Origin: a virus
Lineage: Duplodnaviria; Caudoviricetes
DNA length: 46,993 nt
Virus record (IMG/VR): IMGVR_UViG_3300036798_000299
Span: 1 to 46,993 of that record
Direction: 5' to 3' (one strand)
Under the pieces are notes generated by a model. It was not told the origin of the DNA. It worked only from the letters and a program-made list of their open reading frames with translations, and ran no database searches. The position numbers and the translations under genes are program-made. Shown here one piece after another: positions 34,017 to 43,619 of the stretch (positions are counted from its first letter, which is position 1; every line of letters starts with the position of its first letter).

Positions 34017-34711
34017 ACCACAATCTTATCCCACTCGCTGAACACTTCCACTCGATTCAAGGCGAAGGCACATTCGTCGGCACGACGATGCATTTCATCC
34101 GCGTTGCTGGTTGTTGCGTCGGAGCCAAGGCGACACACGATTTCGTCACCGCCAATCGCGGAACGATCCCGATCCTATCGAACGGACGACGCGGGTCAAA
34201 ATGCCAGACGTACGACGGTCGCTACTTTACGTGCGATACCGACTTTGCGCTAGCGGAAGAGCTATCGCCCGAATATCTTCTCCGCGAAACCTACGAAGAA
34301 CACATCTGCCTTACTGGCGGGGAGCCGCTCGCATATGCGAACCGCCCTTGGATGAAGGAACTTCACGAAATCGCGGAGTCGCGCGGCATCACGATCCACA
34401 TCGAGACGTCCGGAGCGGTCTACGTTTCGAACAAGTTCTTCGAGAACGATTGGATCGCCGTTGCCCCAAAGCGTAACGTTACTCCCGGTATGATCAAACG
34501 CGCGAACGAAATCAAACTACTCATCGATGAGTCGTTTAAGATCGAGAACGTCCCCGGAATGATCTTGAACAAGAAGAACATTTTCCTCTCGCCGATCAAC
34601 GACGAACATGACGTCAACCTCAAGAACGTCTCGTACGCGCTTTCGATCCTCGCGACTCACCCTTCATGGCGTCTTTCCGCCCAATGGCATAAGTTCTTGG
34701 GGGTTCGGTGA
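34013..34711 (+). CDS. queE: 7-carboxy-7-deazaguanine synthase (radical SAM)
   Basis: FHSIQGEG, FIR.AGC, CDTD, LTGGEP, IETSG, WRLSAQWHK. Confidence 0.92.
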   Translation: MNHNLIPLAEHFHSIQGEGTFVGTTMHFIRVAGCCVGAKATHDFVTANRGTIPILSNGRRGSKCQTYDGRYFTCDTDFALAEELSPEYLLRETYEEHICLTGGEPLAYANRPWMKELHEIAESRGITIHIETSGAVYVSNKFFENDWIAVAPKRNVTPGMIKRANEIKLLIDESFKIENVPGMILNKKNIFLSPINDEHDVNLKNVSYALSILATHPSWRLSAQWHKFLGVR

Positions 34712-34812
34712 AAATCGATCACCCTTACATATTCATACTCGCGATCGTTAACCTCGTAACGATCGTGTGGATCGTGTTCTCCGAATCGAAGAAAAGTTGG
34801 AGGAAGCGATAA
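34708..34812 (+). CDS. 34-aa membrane peptide
   Basis: GTGA/TAATG coupling; MKIDHPYIFILAIVNLVTIVWIVFSESKKSWRKR*. Confidence 0.45.
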   Translation: MKIDHPYIFILAIVNLVTIVWIVFSESKKSWRKR

Positions 34813-35180
34813 TGTTAATCGATTTCAAACGTCCCCCGTATACCATCCTCGAACGCGTCGTATCGTACAGCGGTAAGTACCTCGGCTTTTTTGGTTCACA
34901 CTACGAGAAAGGAAGCCTCTGTTATGTCGTCGGTGCGGTAAACCGTCAAGACGGCGAAATAACAGCACGCCACTACAATGAGAAAACAGGAAACGTCAAC
35001 ATCGAACACGCCAAAGCCGCGGCGCAAAAAGCCTGGCAAGAGTTTTTCGCAGGACTCGTTCGTAAGCCTAGTGACCAAGATGCAGAAGCAGATGCCTCTC
35101 GCCAAATCGAACACTGGTTCGACACTTACGAGCGACGAATCAACGAAGGCCTTCGTAAGCGGAGCCGTGAGATCCAATGA
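34812..35180 (+). CDS. Hypothetical protein
   Basis: GGAGG RBS before the ATG at 34812. Confidence 0.6.
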   Translation: MLIDFKRPPYTILERVVSYSGKYLGFFGSHYEKGSLCYVVGAVNRQDGEITARHYNEKTGNVNIEHAKAAAQKAWQEFFAGLVRKPSDQDAEADASRQIEHWFDTYERRINEGLRKRSREIQ

Positions 35181-35505
35181 CGACGCAGGTTTTCGTTTCG
35201 ACCTCATCTGCCCAACGGGACTAAAGCGTCTCGCAGCACGTTACGATCTGGGTTCACGTACGTACGGCGACGACAACTGGCCGAAAGGAATGCCAATTTC
35301 GAGCATCCTCAATCACATCGAAATGCATCTCAACCACTATAAACTAAACGGCGATACCGCAGCAGACGACGACCTTGCAGCAATCGCATGGGGTGTCTTC
35401 GCACTCATGCACTTCGAATCCGTCTGCGACTGTCATGAATGTCGCGCTATATTCGCCTATACCGACAAGCAATACCTGGAGGCTCAACGACGTGAACCAC
35501 AGTAA
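35092..35505 (+). CDS. dATP/dGTP diphosphohydrolase (DUF5664-like)
   Basis: F.SGAVR....RFDLI...L.RLA..Y..G...YGD.NW.KG.P......H..D.LAA.AW; start uncertain. Confidence 0.8.
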   Translation: MPLAKSNTGSTLTSDESTKAFVSGAVRSNDDAGFRFDLICPTGLKRLAARYDLGSRTYGDDNWPKGMPISSILNHIEMHLNHYKLNGDTAADDDLAAIAWGVFALMHFESVCDCHECRAIFAYTDKQYLEAQRREPQ

Positions 35506-36031
35506 AATCGAAGCGGGTGTGCGTCTTATCCTCGCCGGACTCGACTGCGACACAAAGGATCGTAACTATGCGGAAACTCCCGAACGGGTTGCTCGCTGTT
35601 ATGAAGAGATGTTTTCCCCTAAAGAAACGGAGTATGCTACCTTCGTGGAAAGCTACAGCGACTTTATCCTACTCCGCGGACACGAAGTGTTCTCTATCTG
35701 CCCCCATCATTTGTTACCAGTTCGTATGGACGTCTCTGTGGCCTACATTCCAAACGGAACCGTACTGGGACTCTCTAAGCTGGCTCGTGTGCTTCATGAC
35801 TGCAACACCGGACCGTTACTGCAAGAGGCGTTCACTAGGAATGTTGTCGAGCGTCTACAGTCGATCACTCCGACCGCTAAAGGGATCGCATGTGTGGTAC
35901 TTGCAAGGCACGATTGCATGCAGATACGGGGCATTCGAACTCATGGTGACATCACAACGTACAATCTCGCAGGCGAGTTCTTGAACGTTCCTCATATCCA
36001 ATCGCGCTTTTTCGAGCTTGCGAGACGCTAA
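35492..36031 (+). CDS. folE: GTP cyclohydrolase I
   Basis: ETPERVAR, FSICPHHLLP, GLSKLAR, LQE, H.CM..RG; GGAGG RBS before the GTG. Confidence 0.93.
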   Translation: MNHSKIEAGVRLILAGLDCDTKDRNYAETPERVARCYEEMFSPKETEYATFVESYSDFILLRGHEVFSICPHHLLPVRMDVSVAYIPNGTVLGLSKLARVLHDCNTGPLLQEAFTRNVVERLQSITPTAKGIACVVLARHDCMQIRGIRTHGDITTYNLAGEFLNVPHIQSRFFELARR

Positions 36032-36032
36032 C

Positions 36033-38519
36033 ATGAAACCGGAGACATGCAATGGATGCCCCTTATACAACGCCCCCGGACCCATATGGGGAACTGGAAC
36101 CCCTAACGCAAAACTCGCCATTCTGGGTCAATCTCCTGGACCAACAGAAATCGCTGAAGGAAGACCTTTTGCCGGACCATCCGGAAGAATACTTGATCGC
36201 GCTCTTGGAGATGGAGGTATTAGCCGTACGCAAAACTTTGTTACAAATACGGTTAAGTGCTTTGTCGTCCCGGGACAACCGGTACCTCCGGGAGCAGTTG
36301 CTAAGTGTAAACCACTCCTTGACAGAGAGTTGCGAAATCTTAAGTCGGTATCTACCATCCTAACGTTAGGCGCCGAGGCATTCAATGAAATCGCGAATCC
36401 GAAAAAGTTCCACATGCTCCACGATAGACGAGTCAGCCGAAAAGACGCGAACTACTGGCTACGTGGCTGTCCTACACGGATCAATCGTGATGAGCGCACC
36501 TACGTGGTCATACCAACCATCCATCCGGCTTTCGTCATGCGTACGGGTTTTACGATCGCTCCTGTCATGGAAGCTGACATCGCCAAGGCTGGCCGATTTG
36601 CTGACGGACGTGCTGTATGGCGGACCCCAAGTTTTGATTCATCTCCCACTACTGCGACGATCAACGGATATATCGACGCCCTTCTTAACAGGGGAGAGGG
36701 TGGACTTGATATTGAAACTCCGGAATCAATCGTGGAGGATGAGGACGAACTCGTCGAAGGAAAATATCTTCCTGTCGGGGTTATTGGGCTCTCAGCTGAA
36801 CGTGATCATGCACTCCAGATATTTCCTGATCAGTTTCCTCTCCTACGGAGACTGTTTGACGTTTCACATCGAGGATCCGACGGTAGGTATGTCACACTTT
36901 GGGCCTACAATGCAGGATTTGACTTTCACCATCTCCGGCAGCACTTTTCTCTCGACGCTATACGACCAGCTGATGCGATGATGGCGTTCCATCTTTTAAG
37001 GCCTGAGATGGCGCGGAAAGACCTCGCCACATGCATGTCGTTCTATACGGACCTCCCGTTTCACAAAAACCTACAGGACACTTCGCCCGATGAATACAAC
37101 GCCGCCGATACCTACGGAGTCCTCGAGGCTGGTCAAAACATGGTCGAAGCTATGCGCGAGCTTGACAGGCGCGGACCCTCACGCTTTCGTTGGTTCCGTC
37201 AAAGTCTCGAAGACTTGTTCTGGCGTCACGTTATGCCTATCATCCCAGAAATTGGATCGTGGAATGTCGTCGGCGCCCCGTACGATCAAGACAAAAGCGA
37301 CACGATAGAGATCGAACTGCGAATGAAGCTCGACGCATACGAAACGTGGTGGGCGAAGAACATTCCAATGTTCTCGTGGTCGTCACCTAAACAGCTCATC
37401 GAAATGTTTCAAACACGCGGCATCAAAGTGCCGAAGGTAAAACGTCAAAATGGAACGTACACACCCAGCGTTGATGACAACTTCCTTGAAAAACTTGAGC
37501 TCAACGGAAATCAAACTGCTCGACTTATACGTACTATGCGAGAGCTTCGAAAAGCGGGCGACTTCGTTAATCTCGCAGATAAAGATGGACGCGTCCGTTG
37601 CCGCGCAAAACCACACGGTCAGGTCGGCGGAAGAATCCAAACGGTTAACCGAAATATGCAACAGATTCCAGAAATTCTCGCGGGATCGTCTCCTCGGGAT
37701 TGTATTCCAGCTGAGCGTCCTTGCGATATCGTTATTAGCGCAGACTTCTCGCAGATCGAATTCTGGGCGTACGCGTGGTACTCGAACTGCAAACGTGCAC
37801 TAGAGATCAAGGAAAGTGGAGACTACCTATATGCCGCCTTCTACGAAGAAATATGGAACGAGCCTTTCTTCCTTCGAGGTAAGCCCAGGTATAAAGAGTT
37901 CCGTGATGAAGATCACACTCCCCCATGGAAACTACTCATTGCGAAGTCGTGGCCGTTGGGGTTTACTTACGGACGAGGTGTCCCCAATCCTGCTGACCAA
38001 GGGCTACCGATTGATCGCGTTAAAGCACGATCCATTTACGATGCTTTTCACCGAGACTATTGGGAATTTCGCCGACTTCACAGCGAACTCAAACTCTCCG
38101 CGTCTAAGTTTGGCTACCTTCAAACGGTCTTTGGAAGACTACGCCGTTTCCCGAATCCCGAAGGCCAACACAACGAGATATGCGCTTTTCCTGGACAAAC
38201 AACAGCAGTCGATGTACTCGTACGAAATGTACTGCTCGCTCTTCCCCAACGTCTTACTGCAACCTTTGGCGAGCGGTCGAGAATCTATTTTACCGTCCAT
38301 GACTCGGCAATAATGAATGTCAACTGTGACTTTGGTGACGGTACGCTATCGCGAAGCAAGGCGCTAGATGCGTACGACCTAGTCAAGTCGGCCTTTGAAG
38401 CTCCCATCCCTGAGATGGACGGCTTCGTATTCCCCGCAGAGGTGAAGATTGGCCCGTCATGGGGGCAAGGTGCACGAAAGGAAAAATTCCTTGCAAAGTT
38501 CACCGCAGCAACAGTTTGA
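36033..38519 (+). CDS. polA: Family A DNA polymerase with N-terminal family-4 uracil-DNA-glycosylase-like domain and 3'-5' exonuclease
   Basis: CNGCPL..GQSPG..E...GRPFAGPSG..TN.VKC..HPA; DIET; ADFSQIE; AK...G..YG; VHDS. Confidence 0.92.
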   Translation: MKPETCNGCPLYNAPGPIWGTGTPNAKLAILGQSPGPTEIAEGRPFAGPSGRILDRALGDGGISRTQNFVTNTVKCFVVPGQPVPPGAVAKCKPLLDRELRNLKSVSTILTLGAEAFNEIANPKKFHMLHDRRVSRKDANYWLRGCPTRINRDERTYVVIPTIHPAFVMRTGFTIAPVMEADIAKAGRFADGRAVWRTPSFDSSPTTATINGYIDALLNRGEGGLDIETPESIVEDEDELVEGKYLPVGVIGLSAERDHALQIFPDQFPLLRRLFDVSHRGSDGRYVTLWAYNAGFDFHHLRQHFSLDAIRPADAMMAFHLLRPEMARKDLATCMSFYTDLPFHKNLQDTSPDEYNAADTYGVLEAGQNMVEAMRELDRRGPSRFRWFRQSLEDLFWRHVMPIIPEIGSWNVVGAPYDQDKSDTIEIELRMKLDAYETWWAKNIPMFSWSSPKQLIEMFQTRGIKVPKVKRQNGTYTPSVDDNFLEKLELNGNQTARLIRTMRELRKAGDFVNLADKDGRVRCRAKPHGQVGGRIQTVNRNMQQIPEILAGSSPRDCIPAERPCDIVISADFSQIEFWAYAWYSNCKRALEIKESGDYLYAAFYEEIWNEPFFLRGKPRYKEFRDEDHTPPWKLLIAKSWPLGFTYGRGVPNPADQGLPIDRVKARSIYDAFHRDYWEFRRLHSELKLSASKFGYLQTVFGRLRRFPNPEGQHNEICAFPGQTTAVDVLVRNVLLALPQRLTATFGERSRIYFTVHDSAIMNVNCDFGDGTLSRSKALDAYDLVKSAFEAPIPEMDGFVFPAEVKIGPSWGQGARKEKFLAKFTAATV

Positions 38520-39969
38520 AACCTTCAAGCTACTGTTGCGCGACAAACGAGGCCTCGACGTTAAGAGTCGGATCTTTGGTGCCGTCGTAACGTGGCTTAA
38601 GATGCCACTTGACATGCCCGCGGAGTATCGCGAGGAGATAAAAACACTCGTATGCGTCGCGTTCAATATCAACGAAGACGAACTTCGACAAGCGATCCTC
38701 GCCGCAGCGGATCCGATACCGATCGAAGCGCCTACATCAGAAATCGCAAGAATCGTTGAGCGTCTTACAACACCCACGATCGACTTAACCGCGATCGCTC
38801 GACGACAAGAGGAAGAACTATGGAAGCTTTTACCAAAAGAGGGATTCCTACATGACTATGCAAATTATACTCGGAACAGTGAGGCTCCTCTCGGTTACCA
38901 TGTTTTTTGCGCTATTGCTGGTATTGCTGCGACGGTCAATCGAAGGGTCTTCTTCGATATGGGCAACTTTAAGCTGTTCCTTCCTTTTGGCGTTCTTATT
39001 CTTGGACCATCTGGAATCAAAAAAACTTCTGCGGCAGATATTATCATCGGTATCATCAACGAAATGCAACTCACCCCAGTCTACGCCGAAAAACTAACGC
39101 CCGAGGCGTTGATCGACGCGATGAAAGGAGGTAATGCTACGGGTCTCGTGTACGCACCTGAAATGACCGTCTTGATCTCGAGGCAGCGTTATATGGAGTC
39201 GATCATCCCGCTTCTCACGCGCTTTATGGACTCTCCCGACCTATGGAAGAGCGGAACGATTATGCGCGGAAAGGCTGTTCTGACCGACGTAGCTATCACG
39301 TGTATCATGTGTTCGACGATGGATTGGTTCGTGAAGAACACGCCTGAATCCATCTTCGGCGGAGGGTTCATCGCGCGTAACGTCATGATCCTGCAGGAAG
39401 CTTCCGCACGAATGAAAGCACTACCGGAACCTTCCGACGGACGCCTACGTGAGAAACTAAAGATCGAACTCGCGACAATGCACGAAAGTCAGGGCGAGAT
39501 GATCCTATCCAATGCAACGCGTGAGACACATATCGACTGGTACGAGGAAGACAAAAAGACCCGCCTCGTCGAGCATGAAATTCTCGAGACGTACTACCAG
39601 CGAAAACCACAACACCTATTACGTATCGCAATGTGCCTTCATCTCTCGTCGTGTAAAGACATGATCGTCTGTCTCTCGTGCTGGGAACGCGCCTTTAAGC
39701 TCCTAACATGGACGGAAAAATTTTTACCCGCTCTCGCTGGTAAAATGTTCAAGACAGCATGGGGTGAAGACCAAGAGATTATCATCCGCAAGATCCGCGG
39801 TGCTGGAGGTAAAATCGACCATAGTGATCTTATACGTAAGATGCAGTACAAAATGGCGGCTGCGGGAACGCGTAACATTCTTAGTAGCCTAAAAGAGGCA
39901 GGCGTGATCCGCGAAACGCGCAGTGCTATCGAACATTCTTACACCTTAGCGGAGGGATACAATGATTAA
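38470..39969 (+). CDS. DUF3987-type AAA+ replicative helicase
   Basis: LGPSGIKKTSA, LTPEALI, PEM, GGGFIAR, C-terminal winged helix; start uncertain. Confidence 0.75.
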   Translation: MHERKNSLQSSPQQQFETFKLLLRDKRGLDVKSRIFGAVVTWLKMPLDMPAEYREEIKTLVCVAFNINEDELRQAILAAADPIPIEAPTSEIARIVERLTTPTIDLTAIARRQEEELWKLLPKEGFLHDYANYTRNSEAPLGYHVFCAIAGIAATVNRRVFFDMGNFKLFLPFGVLILGPSGIKKTSAADIIIGIINEMQLTPVYAEKLTPEALIDAMKGGNATGLVYAPEMTVLISRQRYMESIIPLLTRFMDSPDLWKSGTIMRGKAVLTDVAITCIMCSTMDWFVKNTPESIFGGGFIARNVMILQEASARMKALPEPSDGRLREKLKIELATMHESQGEMILSNATRETHIDWYEEDKKTRLVEHEILETYYQRKPQHLLRIAMCLHLSSCKDMIVCLSCWERAFKLLTWTEKFLPALAGKMFKTAWGEDQEIIIRKIRGAGGKIDHSDLIRKMQYKMAAAGTRNILSSLKEAGVIRETRSAIEHSYTLAEGYND

Positions 39970-40408
39970 AAACGAGAAAGATATTGCATGGGATCTTATC
40001 GCGAAGTCGCGTTATTTCGAGAACGAACGTGAAATGCTTACCGCACTTTACGAAAACGCCTCGATCCCTGAAGTAGCTGCGGTCCTGAACACGTCGACGG
40101 GCACGGTTCTCAAGCGGATGGAGAAGCACGGTATCCCTCGTCGACGTAGGGGTGGTATCGTGAACAAGACGTCCGTACGTTACAAGATGTTTCACGTCGA
40201 TCAAAGGATTATCCTGATCCTCGGACTAAGCGAATGTTCCGTAGCGATCGGCGTCTCGACCGCGTCGCTATACAAGTACAAACAATGGAAGATCGGACGC
40301 CTAAGCGAAATGTCGGGTAACATAATACAAGAGGAGGAAGACGAAAGCGATGCAATTTTGCATAATCAGTCCGGCGACGGGGTTGCAGCAATGGGCGACC
40401 AAAAGTAA
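39962..40408 (+). CDS. HTH DNA-binding protein (two HTH-like segments)
   Basis: SIPEVAAVLNTSTGTVLKRMEKHGIPRR; ECSVAIGVSTASLYKY. Confidence 0.7.
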   Translation: MIKNEKDIAWDLIAKSRYFENEREMLTALYENASIPEVAAVLNTSTGTVLKRMEKHGIPRRRRGGIVNKTSVRYKMFHVDQRIILILGLSECSVAIGVSTASLYKYKQWKIGRLSEMSGNIIQEEEDESDAILHNQSGDGVAAMGDQK

Positions 40409-41093
40409 AGCGCACTTAGTTTTGTCGCACGTAACGAACGCACTTTACCAACAGTTCTACCGAGGGAGGCGTGAAGATGGCGATCTTATCATACTCGATA
40501 ACGGAGCATATGAAGGACGTCTCGACAGTAACCAACTTCTTGAGCGAATTGGACTCTACCATCCTCAAGTTGTTGTCTTGCCGGATCTTTTCGGCGGACC
40601 CGGACGCGATTCACTCGATATCAGTGTACGTTTCCATACAAAGTGGCGATCAATCATAAGTAATACGGAGTGGATGTATGTACCGCAGGGTGAAACGGTT
40701 AAGGATTTCGAATACGTGCTCTGCAAGGGCATCGAGGAAATACAGCCTTCGTGGGTTGCGTTACCGCGCATTCTTGGAACAAAACTTGCGCCTAATATTG
40801 GTACCCGAACCAAATGGTGTGCCTATATACATACGCGGTACCCGTCCGTTAATGTACACGCGCTCGGAATGCTTGCGGGGAACGCTGAGGAACTGCCTTT
40901 GCTTGCCAGCGCGAACTGTGCGTCGGTGGATTCCTCAGCTCCAGTTTGGCGGGGATGGAATGGTTTCCGTCTCCACGATCCCGCCTGGGAAGCTGAAGGT
41001 ACTGATGTTGATTTTGACTCCCCACCTCAAACGAATAGACGCAACCTTCAAGCGATTAGAGACAATCTTGCAGTGTGTGGAGTGAACGTATGA
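40350..41093 (+). CDS. TGT-fold deazaguanine transglycosylase (DpdA-like)
   Basis: ILDNGAYE, VLPD, VPQG, HALG and SVDSSAP match the TGT core; clustered with folE/queCDE. Confidence 0.75.
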   Translation: MQFCIISPATGLQQWATKSKAHLVLSHVTNALYQQFYRGRREDGDLIILDNGAYEGRLDSNQLLERIGLYHPQVVVLPDLFGGPGRDSLDISVRFHTKWRSIISNTEWMYVPQGETVKDFEYVLCKGIEEIQPSWVALPRILGTKLAPNIGTRTKWCAYIHTRYPSVNVHALGMLAGNAEELPLLASANCASVDSSAPVWRGWNGFRLHDPAWEAEGTDVDFDSPPQTNRRNLQAIRDNLAVCGVNV

Positions 41094-41371
41094 TCGAGTA
41101 TAAAGTCGGAACGGTAATACAACGCGAAGGTCGTTCGTGGCTAATCCATCGCATCGTCGATAGTAAGTCCTTCTTCGAAGACACCCACTCGAAGGAATGT
41201 TACGTTATCGACGAACTCTATCTCGAACTCCGCTGTGCGGACGAAATATCGTTCCTCGCACTTCGTGAGCACAAAGAGGTCGTAGCCAAAGATCCTGCAG
41301 TTATCGAGGCGAAGCTACGCGGCCCCGATACACTCGAATGGCGTAAAGCCGGAAAGGTGAAAGACCTATGA
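41090..41371 (+). CDS. Hypothetical protein
   Basis: GGAG RBS, ATGA coupling. Confidence 0.6.
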   Translation: MIEYKVGTVIQREGRSWLIHRIVDSKSFFEDTHSKECYVIDELYLELRCADEISFLALREHKEVVAKDPAVIEAKLRGPDTLEWRKAGKVKDL

Positions 41372-41694
41372 GCATCTCACGTCCCCTCGGTGCGCGTGTT
41401 ATCGTCGATGATATCGTTACGACGCTGTCCGTCGAAGAGCGTGCGCGTAGGATTCAAGCGCCAGGCTGTCCGCCGATGGAGGCAATCGTTTCCGACAACG
41501 AACGACCTAAGGCAACGCAGGGACGTGTCCTCGCCGTCGGAAGCGACCCATTCGTACAGGAGCAGATCGATGTCGGAGATATCGTGTCTTTTAGTTATCT
41601 GGATGGTACTTTTGTGTATATTGACGGCATGCGTTATCGTTCACTTGAGTTCCAGCAAATTGTCATGGTTACGAAGGAGGAAAGAACAGTATGA
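41368..41694 (+). CDS. groES: GroES-like co-chaperonin
   Basis: RPLGARVIV...QGRVLAVG......VGDIV.F....G....IDG..Y......IV. Confidence 0.85.
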   Translation: MSISRPLGARVIVDDIVTTLSVEERARRIQAPGCPPMEAIVSDNERPKATQGRVLAVGSDPFVQEQIDVGDIVSFSYLDGTFVYIDGMRYRSLEFQQIVMVTKEERTV

Positions 41695-41978
41695 AAAAGA
41701 CGTTATCGCTCACGCTGGGACTCACGTTTATCTTAACCGTATTGCCGGCTCAAACGCCACCCCAGTTAACGAAGGAGGAGACGTTGACCCTCGAGAACAT
41801 CCAACTGCGCCAGGCGCTAATAAACGAACAGATCAGCGACCTTCAAGCGAGGACGAAGGAGGCTAAGGCAACGATCGAGAAGGCTCATCCGGGCTATACG
41901 CTCGCGCAGACACAACAGGGGTTCCAACTCGTGAAGACGCCGGAACCTACGAAGGAGACGCCGAAGGCGGCCCATTAG
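41691..41978 (+). CDS. Secreted coiled-coil protein
   Basis: AAGGAGG RBS; signal peptide MKKTLSLTLGLTFILTVLPA|Q followed by heptad repeats. Confidence 0.7.
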   Translation: MKKTLSLTLGLTFILTVLPAQTPPQLTKEETLTLENIQLRQALINEQISDLQARTKEAKATIEKAHPGYTLAQTQQGFQLVKTPEPTKETPKAAH

Positions 41979-43272
41979 AGTCCGCGTTGGTATTTCGCCA
42001 TATCTGCACTAGTCGATTGAACCGCGCTATGTCGTTATCGAGAACGCACGCGAGGTCGGTTCGATACATTTTCTTAGGGATCTTTGCTGCTTCCGCGAGC
42101 GCCATAGGTCCCTCAAATGCTTTTTCGGAGTCAAAACCATGGCCGGTGATAGTGACTACAGAACCGTAGCCAGGCGTCGTTACGAGTTGATTGCGCTCGT
42201 TAAACATCACATCGTAGAAAAAGAGGTGATTGCGATCTTTGCGTTCGAAGCCACGAATTGGAACATTCCCCTCGTGATGAAATTGGTCAGAGGGATATGG
42301 GGGTACGTCAACACGCAAGGCCGACCCGTAGCCGCCTTTCAAAACGAACTCCTTTGGCTTGTCCCTACGCGCCAACGGAACGATGAGATCATCCCCGATA
42401 TCGCCTTCGAAGAGCTCCAGAAATGCGGGGAGTGCATCGTATCCGAAACGTGGAGTGAACTCGAGCGCCCACACGCCTTCCTCATTGACGATCGAATTGA
42501 GGTCTATTGGCCCTATGTAACTAAATTCACGGAGCACTGGTTCCATGCGCTTGATCCCTTCTTCGATAATGTGGTTAGTGCCCGTCTGCCAAGCCCAGAC
42601 GAGATTGCCGGAACAACCGCCAGAGGGCCCGAGGTTTCCATTCATAAGCTGCTTACGTTCAACGGTATGGTTGAACGGAACCATGAAGGTCTCACCATTA
42701 AACCAACCCTCAGTAGAAATAGCAACTCCCTCTTTGAACTCCTGAAGCTCGTACTCCGGAGCGTGGGTTGCAACACTTTCGAAGTAATGGAGCATTTCGA
42801 TCATATCCGTATCGTCCGTCGAGACGTATGACCCAACGGCGTGATCGTTGGCGAGTTTGCCCGAAGGTTTGAACGCAAGACGTTTCCCCTCTTTTTTCGC
42901 ATACACGCGTCCATCCTCCCAGTCGTGAAATGTTTCCGTCGCCGGTACCTTTATCCCGACCTGATTCATATACTCAAAGGCGACGTCTCGTTCCAGTTCT
43001 AGTGCATCCGCGAATACTGATCCCATAAATACACTGTAGCCACTAGCACGTAGACGATCACCAGTACGGCCACCACCACTGCTGTCAAAAACCACGATGG
43101 TGTCCTTGGTGAGGGCAGTTTCCCACCTCCGCGGTTTCTCCAGAATGCCGTCATAATTCTGCTTAGTTCGCTTGTCCCTCATCCACGCTGCTACTTGATG
43201 TCCGTTGTCCTTCAGTCGCAGCGCTAGGCCCAGGCCGTCCCCCGTGCTGCTTAGGAACAGAAACTTGCTCAT
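41947..43272 (-). CDS. PurD (GAR synthetase)-like ATP-grasp ligase
   Basis: LELER, GIKVP, FKPSG, LQEFKEG..IS, E.K....GNLGP.GG.SG, LEFTPRFGYD; AAGGAGG RBS. Confidence 0.85.
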   Translation of the reverse strand: MSKFLFLSSTGDGLGLALRLKDNGHQVAAWMRDKRTKQNYDGILEKPRRWETALTKDTIVVFDSSGGGRTGDRLRASGYSVFMGSVFADALELERDVAFEYMNQVGIKVPATETFHDWEDGRVYAKKEGKRLAFKPSGKLANDHAVGSYVSTDDTDMIEMLHYFESVATHAPEYELQEFKEGVAISTEGWFNGETFMVPFNHTVERKQLMNGNLGPSGGCSGNLVWAWQTGTNHIIEEGIKRMEPVLREFSYIGPIDLNSIVNEEGVWALEFTPRFGYDALPAFLELFEGDIGDDLIVPLARRDKPKEFVLKGGYGSALRVDVPPYPSDQFHHEGNVPIRGFERKDRNHLFFYDVMFNERNQLVTTPGYGSVVTITGHGFDSEKAFEGPMALAEAAKIPKKMYRTDLACVLDNDIARFNRLVQIWRNTNADSNGPPSASPS

Positions 43273-43618
43273 GTGCTTTCGGGCCTCCTTGCCCTAGCGT
43301 CCAGTTGACGCCCTTTTTGCCGAGCCACCTCGCGCGTCTTGCCCACGAGTCGTGCTCTTCCTTCGTCCCTTCTAACGTACTATAATGTGAAAGTGAAAGC
43401 ATCGCGAGTCGCGCGAGAATGCGATCCGGCAATGCGCTATTCAAAAGCGTGAGCGTTTCGTGTCCAAATCCTCCGTCTTCGAACGCTCCACACGAACGTT
43501 GAACGAGACGAATCCCGAAAGGGCCCATACTATCGTACATATCGAGGACTTTCGCGCGAACACGCTCGTCGAAGATCTTCCGCGATTGCATTGCAACAAG
43601 AGTTCTAACTTTCGCCAC
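43163..43618 (-). CDS. Hypothetical protein upstream of the ATP-grasp gene
   Basis: AAAGGA RBS before the GTG at 43618; fills the gap between neighbouring genes. Confidence 0.55.
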   Translation of the reverse strand: MAKVRTLVAMQSRKIFDERVRAKVLDMYDSMGPFGIRLVQRSCGAFEDGGFGHETLTLLNSALPDRILARLAMLSLSHYSTLEGTKEEHDSWARRARWLGKKGVNWTLGQGGPKAHEQVSVPKQHGGRPGPSAATEGQRTSSSSVDEGQAN

Positions 43619-43619
43619 G

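Noticed and set aside
30578-36031. Auxiliary genes for host queuosine-tRNA or folate synthesis
   Set aside because: No queF/queA; the genes are interleaved with DNA replication genes and a DpdA-like gene, which favours DNA modification.
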